Shown here: piece after piece, positions 1 through 7,115 of the stretch
How the letters are laid out: every line of letters starts with the position of its first letter
How positions within the stretch are numbered: the stretch's first letter is position 1
Notes under the pieces: model-generated
What the model was told of the DNA's origin: nothing
The model's input: the letters and a program-made list of their open reading frames with translations, nothing else
The model's database searches: none
UHGV virus genome: UHGV-0295649
DNA from: a virus
DNA length: 38,374 nucleotides
Strand: one strand, 5' to 3'
Position numbers and translations under genes: made by a program

Positions 1-183
1 TGTTTATTTTGTGGTGATTTAATCATACTAGAGAACGATATGTTTTTTAATACCTAAAATGAAAATGGGGCTGAAGAATCAATTCTGATTCATCAGTCCC
101 ATAAATTATAGAGCCAAAACAAACCTATACAGTAGGCTTCTTTATAGTGCCTATTGTATCAGAGAAAGAGAGTAGATTCAATT

Positions 184-1323
184 ATGGCAAGATTAGTCAA
201 ACGTGGAAATAGTTGGCAATACGAAATTTCATACAAAAAAGATGACGGAAAATACACGAAGATAAGAAAATCAGGATTTAAGACAAAAGGAGAAGCAAAA
301 GATGCCGCCAACGAATTAGAATATAACTTGAACAAAGGCCTTAAAGGGGATCGCAAAAATCTATTATTATCAGATTACTTTGAGGATTGGATGCAACTTT
401 ATAAAGAAGGAACAGTATCTCCTATCACTTATAGAAAATACGAAGATACGTTAATGAACATAAAGAAATATATGCCAGCGGTATTGATTTCTGATTTAGA
501 TAGAGTGGGATATCAACGCTTTTTAAATAAGTATGCTAAAGACCATGTAAAATCTACCGTTATTAAGTTTAATAACCATATTAGAGCGTCGTTGAAAGAT
601 GCCGTAGAAGAAGGATTAATTCCGTTTGATCCAACTAGAAAAGCAGTAATCAAAGGAAAAGATTCATTGAAGCCAAAAGAAGATAAATATTTAGATTATG
701 ATCAATTTAAATCTTTAATGAAACTCGTAGAAGAAAACCTTTCTGCGCAGTACTCTTCTCCTATGCTCGTGTTAGTTGCTGGTGCCACTGGAATGCGATT
801 TGCTGAACTTCTAGGATTAACATGGGAAGATATCGATTTCGAAGATCAAATCATCACTATTAATAAAACATGGAATTATAAATTAAATGAATGGGGAAAA
901 ACAAAAAACGAAACTTCAAATAGGAAAATTTCCATTGATAAACATACGATTGATCTCTTAAAAAAGTTTAAAATCAATCAAAAAGAATTATTCGAGAATT
1001 TTGAAATCAAAAACCCTCATAATTTTGTTTTTTTCAACTTAAAAAATGGATTAGTTTCATCAAACGCCGTCAGCAAATATTTGCGCAAAAAATTAAAAGA
1101 ATTAGGGATTGAAAAGCAATTTACTTTGCATGGACTAAGGCATACACATGCATCTATTTTACTTTATCAAGGAGTAAATATACTTAGCGTATCGAAACGT
1201 TTAGGACATAGCAGTTTAGAAACTACAATGTCTACTTATCTTCATATTGTTCGAGAGCTTGAAGATCAGGATAAAGAAAAAATCAATACTGTGTTCGATA
1301 GTTTATATAAAAATGATAACTAG
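184..1323 (+). CDS. int: tyrosine recombinase / phage-type integrase
   Basis: ORF 154-1323. C-terminal catalytic region HGLRHTHASILLYQG...LGHSSLETTMSTYLH is the tyrosine-recombinase signature. ATG at 184 (MARLVKRGNSWQY) is preferred over the upstream TTG. Transcribed toward the tRNA at 2420-2493. Confidence 0.85.
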   Translation: MARLVKRGNSWQYEISYKKDDGKYTKIRKSGFKTKGEAKDAANELEYNLNKGLKGDRKNLLLSDYFEDWMQLYKEGTVSPITYRKYEDTLMNIKKYMPAVLISDLDRVGYQRFLNKYAKDHVKSTVIKFNNHIRASLKDAVEEGLIPFDPTRKAVIKGKDSLKPKEDKYLDYDQFKSLMKLVEENLSAQYSSPMLVLVAGATGMRFAELLGLTWEDIDFEDQIITINKTWNYKLNEWGKTKNETSNRKISIDKHTIDLLKKFKINQKELFENFEIKNPHNFVFFNLKNGLVSSNAVSKYLRKKLKELGIEKQFTLHGLRHTHASILLYQGVNILSVSKRLGHSSLETTMSTYLHIVRELEDQDKEKINTVFDSLYKNDN

Positions 1324-1343
1324 TTTGGCACATTTTTGGCACA
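1324..1343. repeat. tandem direct repeat TTTGGCACA x2 immediately after the int stop
   Basis: TTTGGCACAtTTTTGGCACAaa read directly. A second pair lies at 1496-1516. Confidence 0.7.
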
Positions 1344-1356
1344 AATACAAAACAAA

Positions 1357-1390
1357 CCCCTGTACCGCAAAGGATACAGGGGTTATTTAT
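1357..1390 (+). terminator. rho-independent terminator of int
   Basis: Stem CCCCTGTA/TACAGGGG with a 10-nt loop, followed by TTATTTAT. Confidence 0.6.
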
Positions 1391-1495
1391 ACGTTCCTGA
1401 CTAACTATTACACGTCTTCTGTTGTGTTTGTTATTGCAGGAAATCTTAATATAGAAGGTTTTCTATTTGTTTACATTTTGTTGAATTCGAATTTT

Positions 1496-1516
1496 TTTGG
1501 CACATAATTTGGCACA
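1496..1516. repeat. second tandem pair of TTTGGCACA direct repeats
   Basis: TTTGGCACAtaaTTTGGCACAag. Same unit as 1324-1343, about 150 bp away and flanking the int terminator. Confidence 0.7.
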
Positions 1517-1603
1517 AGTACTTGTTTTCTATTATTCAGTATATTAAATTCCGCCTTCACAAAAAGAACATTCGTTCGTATACTCTTTTTGAGGTGAACT
1601 TTT

Positions 1604-1906
1604 ATGCTGATGGAAGGAAAAACACAATTATGGTTTAAATTTGACCCTTCGAATAGATTTATCAAAGATTTTTATAAAGTATGGAATTCAGAAGTTTTCT
1701 TTTTAGCAATCGAAGATAGCTTATTAATCAATCTCTACTATTCTAATAAGAACTATTTCAAAATTCCTGCTGCGAAAACTAGAATGAAGAAGGGTGTATA
1801 CTTTTTGTTTGATATCGTGACTGACGTGCCGGACGCACGTAGCGATCATCGGCGTTATGACTATATAAAGTATACTTTCGTTGATCCAGAAAGGTATAAA
1901 GATTAA
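1604..1906 (+). CDS. hypothetical protein (100 aa)
   Basis: ORF with RBS GAGGTGA 6 nt upstream of the ATG. No recognisable motif. Confidence 0.5.
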   Translation: MLMEGKTQLWFKFDPSNRFIKDFYKVWNSEVFFLAIEDSLLINLYYSNKNYFKIPAAKTRMKKGVYFLFDIVTDVPDARSDHRRYDYIKYTFVDPERYKD

Positions 1907-2106
1907 AGTAGGCTACCTAAAAAGGTAGCCCGGAACGAATTTTATCACCATACTTGTGAAAGGAGATATTTTTTAAGTTAGTATTAAGATTGTGTAATAT
2001 GATGATATCTATATTTTATAGTATCAGTGCTATAAAATCAAAAATAAGTCACTAATTAACTACCACTCCAATTGTAAGCCTTTTTTCTCACTTTTTTTCA
2101 AAAATA

Positions 2107-2207
2107 TGGTATGCTTTTTAATGGCTTCAAATATAAAAGAGTTTAAAGCGTAACACACTTATGGGGAAGTGGTTTGGGGTGCGCTTTAAACTCTTCTTTA
2201 TTATTAT
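2107..2207 (+). ncRNA. candidate small RNA: extended -10 TGgTATGCT, a 14-bp perfect inverted repeat hairpin, then a U-tract
   Basis: TGGTATGCT at 2107-2115. AAGAGTTTAAAGCG (2137-2150) pairs with CGCTTTAAACTCTT (2182-2195). Followed by CTTTATTATTAT. No ORF. Confidence 0.3.
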
Positions 2208-2315
2208 CTCACAATTTAACCCAAATGTCTTTCTATTTAAAAATCAAAGTAAAACTTTTCAAATATACAGAAGTATAACTATGTGAAACATCCTTTCATT
2301 AATCCATAAAAGGAT

Positions 2316-2343
2316 ACATAAAAAAGCCACTCATTTGAGTGGC
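2316..2343 (-). terminator. rho-independent terminator downstream of the tRNA
   Basis: Minus-strand stem GCCACTC/GAGTGGC followed by a U-run (A-run on the plus strand at 2316-2325), about 80 nt 3' of the tRNA. Confidence 0.6.
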
Positions 2344-2419
2344 AATGAAGAAAAGCTTTAGCTTGTATAATACTCTTCAAAAAAATTCTAACACAGAACG
2401 ATTCAAATGGCTACGTTAA

Positions 2420-2493
2420 TGTACCCTGTAGGACTCGAACCTACGACCGGACGGTTATGAGCCGTCTGCTCTGACCAACTGAGCTAAGGGTAC
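2420..2493 (-). tRNA. tRNA with anticodon CAU (elongator Met or Ile2/lysidine type; not initiator)
   Basis: The reverse complement folds as a canonical 74-nt cloverleaf. It has a perfect 7-bp acceptor stem (GTACCCT/AGGGTAC), D-arm GCTC..GAGC, anticodon stem GACGG/CCGTC with loop CTCATAA, and T-arm GTAGG-TTCGAGT-CCTAC. The G1-C72 pair and the lack of a GGG/CCC anticodon stem exclude an initiator. CCA is not encoded. Confidence 0.9.
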
Positions 2494-2616
2494 TGGTTGT
2501 TGCCACATAAAGCCATAAACAATCAACCAGTAGAATGTGTGGCAACAAACCTGTTATCGCATAGCTTGGAGTGTGACTATTTATGGGTGATAGTGAAGAT
2601 ATGCGATAACATCACT

Positions 2617-2646
2617 ATTTTATCGAATAATTTTTATAGTTGTCAA
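2617..2646 (-). promoter_or_regulatory. candidate sigma70 promoter for the tRNA (TTGACA-18-TAAAAT on the minus strand)
   Basis: Reverse complement of 2641-2646 is TTGACA and of 2617-2622 is TAAAAT, about 120 nt upstream of the tRNA 5' end. Confidence 0.4.
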
Positions 2647-2660
2647 TATAGTTATGTACT

Positions 2661-2688
2661 GCTCCTCAACGAGGAGCTATTTTTATCG
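2661..2688. terminator. GC hairpin GCTCCTC-AAC-GAGGAGC plus TATTTTTAT overlapping the endolysin stop
   Basis: Read directly. The T-run follows the stem on the plus strand. Sits at the 3' end of the lysis operon, so it may act bidirectionally. Confidence 0.4.
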
Positions 2689-3708
2689 TTTAGGAATATT
2701 TAAATACCAACGTTTGTCATGGAAATCTTGCGCACCGCCTTTAGTGTTTCCCTCTGGATCATTCGTTGCCCGCATCATTACATAGACTTTCTTACTAGGA
2801 AAATTACGCATATTGAAAGATACATGATAACCAACATTTCCAGAAGTATTATAAGCTTGGTTTACATCTGGTCTATAAATTCCATCAGCTCTTACTCGAG
2901 CTAATTCTTTCCCAGTATTGTAGTCCATAATGAAAATATACTCGTATTTATAGTTAGCAATGTGCCATCCAGCCACATGCAAGTTTGCGTTTTCGATTTC
3001 CCCAAACTGATCAATGTGGGCGTGATTTGTTCCATCTGTCAGCGTAGGATTAGCTGCACCAGCTCGTGTTGGATCAATGACAGGCTTGTTTTCAGAAGTT
3101 GTTGGATTTTCATCGGTAAATCCATGAGCTAAATCATAAGCAAGCTTTTCTTTGCTAACTCCCATTTGCGATAAGTAACCATATGGATCTGTGTGGTTCC
3201 CCCAAACATAATTTGTCACCCACAAATGAGAAATGATTCCTTTTGTAAATAAAGAAGTTCCTTGATCAAGAGTCAATGGAATTCCATATTTTTTTGCACT
3301 ATCTCTTGTATATTCAATATAAGCTCGATAGTTTTTTTCAAACAATGCTTTATCATATGTGCGCTGTAATTCAATCTGTACAGGCGCATAAGGATTAGCG
3401 TTACCAGCTCCCCACGAAACATATCCTTGCTCACCCACACGGTAAACAATCCCACCGTCACCAATAACATCTGTAGTATAAGAATTGCTTCCGTTATAAT
3501 TATTTTTCATGTTGGCGGCTACGTTTCTTGCTGGTGCATCTATTCCAGTTTCGTGCAAAATAATTTTGTTAGGAATTGCTAATCTGGAGTCTCCTTGATT
3601 CGGCGCTAAATTATACTCGTCATTAATAGTATAAGCAAACGTATTAATGGGTAATAAAAAAAGAGCCGTTAACAGGCTCATCGCAGTAATAGTAATTTTC
3701 TTTTTCAT
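2683..3708 (-). CDS. endolysin, N-acetylmuramoyl-L-alanine amidase (amidase_2/PGRP-like) with N-terminal signal peptide
   Basis: N-terminus MKKKITITAMSLLTALFLLPINTFA is a signal peptide. ILHETG..., HLWVTNY... and GNHTDP motifs are amidase_2-like. Last gene of the lysis cassette. Confidence 0.75.
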   Translation of the reverse strand: MKKKITITAMSLLTALFLLPINTFAYTINDEYNLAPNQGDSRLAIPNKIILHETGIDAPARNVAANMKNNYNGSNSYTTDVIGDGGIVYRVGEQGYVSWGAGNANPYAPVQIELQRTYDKALFEKNYRAYIEYTRDSAKKYGIPLTLDQGTSLFTKGIISHLWVTNYVWGNHTDPYGYLSQMGVSKEKLAYDLAHGFTDENPTTSENKPVIDPTRAGAANPTLTDGTNHAHIDQFGEIENANLHVAGWHIANYKYEYIFIMDYNTGKELARVRADGIYRPDVNQAYNTSGNVGYHVSFNMRNFPSKKVYVMMRATNDPEGNTKGGAQDFHDKRWYLNIPKR

Positions 3709-3929
3709 TTGTTTCCTCCTTCTTCGCTTTCAGCCGAGAACATTTTGTAGGTTCGATTTGATACACCCAACACACTCCCTAAAAACGCGCCAAAACCAGT
3801 AATGATGACAACACAGATATCTGTGTACTGCCAATTGAGCGCTTTACCAACTAACCCCACGAAAGTAGCTAGTGCGGGAATAATTACCAGTGCGAACCAT
3901 TTTAGTACTTCGAACGTTTTATTATTCAT
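3705..3929 (-). CDS. holin (two predicted TM helices)
   Basis: 74-aa protein with two hydrophobic helices and a charged C-terminus, immediately upstream of the endolysin. Confidence 0.75.
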   Translation of the reverse strand: MNNKTFEVLKWFALVIIPALATFVGLVGKALNWQYTDICVVIITGFGAFLGSVLGVSNRTYKMFSAESEEGGNK

Positions 3930-4219
3930 TTTCTTCTCTCCCTAAATAAAGTTTTAATTTGTTGCGTGTGTTCTACCAATTTTTCTGCATGTGTATCTAA
4001 TCTTTCATCGTGTTTCTTTAGTTCTTCATGAATCATCAATCGATCTGATTTGCTCGATTCTAAATCTTTAGTCAGCAAATCTAAATTGTGACTTACTTTT
4101 GAAAGAGTCTCAGTAATCTTCGAGAAAGATGCAGTAATTGGTTTTATTACTAATAAAATCAAAGAAACGATAGCGGTTATTGATCCTGCTATCGCTCCCC
4201 ATTCCCCTAAATTAATCAT
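3926..4219 (-). CDS. XhlA-like phage membrane protein (haemolysin XhlA family)
   Basis: 97 aa with an N-terminal TM helix and a C-terminal coiled coil. Sits upstream of the holin as in the PBSX xhlA-xhlB-xlyA cassette. Confidence 0.65.
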   Translation of the reverse strand: MINLGEWGAIAGSITAIVSLILLVIKPITASFSKITETLSKVSHNLDLLTKDLESSKSDRLMIHEELKKHDERLDTHAEKLVEHTQQIKTLFRERRK

Positions 4220-4256
4220 GTGACAACTCCTTGAATCAAAATAAAAAGCACATCAA

Positions 4257-4394
4257 TTAAGATGCGCTCTCTTCTTTGCTAATGATTTTATCTGCTTTTT
4301 CTTCAGTAATGCACAACGGAACGAAAACCATTACTTGTTCGTTAGTGAAACAGCCCCAATCATACATCATTTTCACATCGCTAAAACTAAACAT
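4257..4394 (-). CDS. XkdX-like small phage protein (45 aa; not in the ORF track)
   Basis: MFSFSDVKMMYDWGCFTNEQVMVFVPLCITEEKADKIISKEESAS. Strong RBS GGGAGGTGAG. W/G/T...ITEE pattern and position match XkdX family members. Confidence 0.5.
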   Translation of the reverse strand: MFSFSDVKMMYDWGCFTNEQVMVFVPLCITEEKADKIISKEESAS

Positions 4395-4395
4395 A

Positions 4396-4842
4396 CTACT
4401 CACCTCCCTTTGAAGCTGGATTTAGTTGCTCTTTAATTTCTGAAATGTCTTTGCTATTTTGTAACGAAGCAAGCATCATTTTTGAATTGATTTGTGCTAA
4501 ACTATCCGCTTTTTCTTTCAATGCAGTATTTTCCTGTTTAATTGCTACATCGCTTAGCATGAGTTTGGCATTGATCTGTTTTAAATCGCCGTTCTCATTT
4601 TCTAACGACTCATACATTGCTTTGAGATTGTTTAAATCGTTGTGATCTAGTGCGTTCGCTAAAATAATCCATTGATTCAATTTAGGATCAAACATTTGAT
4701 CAGCGATTGTTAACGGTTCGCCATCAGCACGAATTCCTTCAAGCGGTGGCTGATCTGTGTAAGGAACGGATACAAGCATGTCGTCCAATACTTTTCCTGC
4801 GTACTCTCCGCCAGTACGTCCATATTTCCAAATGTTTTTCAT
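4396..4842 (-). CDS. hypothetical coiled-coil protein (XkdW-position)
   Basis: 148 aa, helical and coiled-coil rich, between the tail fibre and XkdX. Confidence 0.5.
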   Translation of the reverse strand: MKNIWKYGRTGGEYAGKVLDDMLVSVPYTDQPPLEGIRADGEPLTIADQMFDPKLNQWIILANALDHNDLNNLKAMYESLENENGDLKQINAKLMLSDVAIKQENTALKEKADSLAQINSKMMLASLQNSKDISEIKEQLNPASKGGE

Positions 4843-4988
4843 TTATTTCCCTCCCAGTAATTGAATTTCGGTTTCCAATTTGGAATCGGTGGTTCGACTT
4901 CTGTGCATTCTTCCGGTAAATGTTCTTCATCATTCACAATGATTTGCTCGAATCCGTAAGGTTCAATTGGTCTATATGCTGCCTTCAT
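4839..4988 (-). CDS. possible small protein (49 aa) coupled to the downstream gene via an ATGA overlap
   Basis: MKAAYRPIEPYGFEQIIVNDEEHLPEECTEVEPPIPNWKPKFNYWEGNK. Weak RBS. Confidence 0.3.
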   Translation of the reverse strand: MKAAYRPIEPYGFEQIIVNDEEHLPEECTEVEPPIPNWKPKFNYWEGNK

Positions 4989-5004
4989 ATCGATTCACGC
5001 TTTT

Positions 5005-7092
5005 CTAAATCGTGTAAGTAATTGCAAAGGTATAATCCGATCCATAACTTGAGTTTCTTCGCCATTTAATGGCTCCATCTGCACCAATAGATAACTGAGC
5101 ACTGTTCAAAGTAGAACGGTCTATCGAGCCAACCAGTTGCTCAAAACTAATTGGTGGCCGATAGCCTTCTGGAATTGTTAGTATCGTTGAATCATTTCCA
5201 CCACTGCTTTTTCCGTTTAAAGCCACAAAATATATAGAAACTGTTTTTCCTTCACGATAAAGCTTTGCTGATCCGGTATTCCCGTTTGTAACTGTTAATG
5301 TGGTAGTAGCTGTATCATTAATGCGTTCATCGATCTTATTGTCTAATTCATCTATAGCAGTCGCATTAGCATTCGCTTTTGTTTGAGCATCCTTAGCTGT
5401 GGTGTCTACTTCATTAATTGAAGCAGTCAACTGCGAATTAATCTCCGATACTTTCCCATCGGTATAATTGTTTGCTTTACCAGTAATTTCAGAAATTTTA
5501 ATATCTGTGGCCAAATTATCTTCGACATATTCTGGTGCTAGATCCCAAACATAATCTTTTGGATTGTTTGAATCACGCATACCAGTACCACGATATTTAT
5601 ACTCACTAATATTCGGGGTTCGTGTGTCGCCTTTTTCGATCTTGAGCCAGTCAATTTGACATGCACCTGTTGTTGATTGGGGATACTGGATAATAGTTAA
5701 CCGTTTGGGGTAGTTAACTCCAACCTTCTGCGGTGTAAAAGTCAGACCCCATGTATCAACTAACCCTTCTACTGGCTCTAAGTTACCATATCTATAATCT
5801 CCACTATCCTCGTTGTAAACAATGAACGTTTGGATAGGTGGTTTGGTTGCCTTCATGGTAATTGTATAGGTTTGACCTAAAACAAATTCTTCTTCCATGT
5901 TAGCTTGGTATAGGCTGTAGGCGCTAGATTTGATTGGAAACGTAACAGACTTATTAGCAATATTCTCACCCAAAGGCGCTTTACCTAGCCAGTAAGGGTC
6001 ATCAAGTAAGTTTGGCTGATATGGGGTGGCTGTTGAGCCTTCTTCGATTTTGATGTCGTACAACTTAAATCCGCCATTTATTTTATCCCTGTCAACAAAG
6101 CTAATACTCATATAAAATCGATCTAAATTTGTGATTTGATAATTAACGTTAGCTGTACCTTTGATTGTTATTTCTTTCCCTACATCATCTGTTGTAATAT
6201 TTGTACTATTTGCTTCCAATAATATCTTTTCTCCTGGTGATGTACGATACACCAAACGTAATTTATCAATAGCTCCTGTAGTTCCTTCATCAAATCGAAC
6301 TTTCGCACTCAGAGTATAGGTTTTCCCACTAGCAAGCTGAGGTGTATTAATACGCGTAAACATAATAATGCTTCCTGTACCATCAGAAGTAAAATGTAGC
6401 TTTTCGTTATCCGAAGTTAGTGACCCGTGGTAACCAACGTTAAAATCGCTCGATTTTAGTTTGGACATTAAATTCGGATTCCCACTATAATCATAATTCC
6501 CGAAGTCGATGCTGTTACTGTACATCACTTGTAAGTTACCTAACTTAGAAATTTCTTCTTTCAGAGCATCTAACTTGTCTTGTAGCGTTTTAGCTTGACC
6601 AGTTAAATCAGTAATCTGTTGATTTAAGCTATCCACTCTACCTTTGATTTCAGCCATAAAAGCATCAAAAGTTTCGTTGTACTTTCGAATCAACTCTTCT
6701 AATTGCGAAACATATTCATCGGCTTGGCCTTGCGAAATGTCAGACACTCCTAGTGAGAAAAAAATGATATCTTGCGTTGTTAAAATTTGATTGTCTTTTC
6801 TATATTCTACGTAGCAGTGTTTATAATATCCTGCTTCACTCATAAATGTGCCATCAAGAGAAAACGTGACTTCTTCACTAGTTACACTAGTTGCAACATT
6901 ATCTACGTAACGGTTAGATGGTGTTGTTCCTTTTAAAGTAAATGTTCCGCCACTCGTATCCATCTGCAAGCCATTTAGAAACGGTTTAACCGTCACCGTA
7001 ATCCCTTTATCACCTTGACGAGCCATAATAGCTTTGGTGTAGTTTAATTCTTTGCTGAAATCTAAAGCCAAATTATATAAACTGCTAGCCAT
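5005..7092 (-). CDS. tail fibre / receptor-binding baseplate protein (BppU-like N-terminus)
   Basis: 695 aa. Coiled-coil segment at about residues 130-190 and beta-rich C-terminal domains. Sits after the tail endopeptidase gene. Confidence 0.65.
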   Translation of the reverse strand: MASSLYNLALDFSKELNYTKAIMARQGDKGITVTVKPFLNGLQMDTSGGTFTLKGTTPSNRYVDNVATSVTSEEVTFSLDGTFMSEAGYYKHCYVEYRKDNQILTTQDIIFFSLGVSDISQGQADEYVSQLEELIRKYNETFDAFMAEIKGRVDSLNQQITDLTGQAKTLQDKLDALKEEISKLGNLQVMYSNSIDFGNYDYSGNPNLMSKLKSSDFNVGYHGSLTSDNEKLHFTSDGTGSIIMFTRINTPQLASGKTYTLSAKVRFDEGTTGAIDKLRLVYRTSPGEKILLEANSTNITTDDVGKEITIKGTANVNYQITNLDRFYMSISFVDRDKINGGFKLYDIKIEEGSTATPYQPNLLDDPYWLGKAPLGENIANKSVTFPIKSSAYSLYQANMEEEFVLGQTYTITMKATKPPIQTFIVYNEDSGDYRYGNLEPVEGLVDTWGLTFTPQKVGVNYPKRLTIIQYPQSTTGACQIDWLKIEKGDTRTPNISEYKYRGTGMRDSNNPKDYVWDLAPEYVEDNLATDIKISEITGKANNYTDGKVSEINSQLTASINEVDTTAKDAQTKANANATAIDELDNKIDERINDTATTTLTVTNGNTGSAKLYREGKTVSIYFVALNGKSSGGNDSTILTIPEGYRPPISFEQLVGSIDRSTLNSAQLSIGADGAIKWRRNSSYGSDYTFAITYTI

Positions 7093-7115
7093 TTATATAC
7101 CTCCTTGTCTTCGTT

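Noticed and set aside
154-183. TTG at 154 as the integrase start (tracked ORF)
   Set aside because: ATG at 184 gives the typical integrase N-terminus (MA..KRG.SWQY), and the RBS-like purine run precedes it. The extension adds MYQRKRVDSI without support.
1324-1343. TTTGGCACA-N-TTGGCACA as a sigma54 (-24/-12) promoter
   Set aside because: The -12 element would need TTGCW, but the sequence has TTGGCA repeated. Spacing and sequence fit tandem direct repeats, not the GG-N10-GC sigma54 consensus.
1247-1665. Tracked ORFs 1247-1507 (+), 1471-1665 (-) and 159-356 (-)
   Set aside because: They overlap int or the repeat/terminator region, have no RBS, and translate to low-complexity sequence. Treated as spurious.
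2420-2493. Initiator tRNA-fMet identity for the CAU tRNA
   Set aside because: Position 1-72 is a paired G-C and the anticodon stem lacks three consecutive G-C pairs. It is an elongator Met or Ile2 (lysidine) type. These cannot be distinguished from sequence alone.
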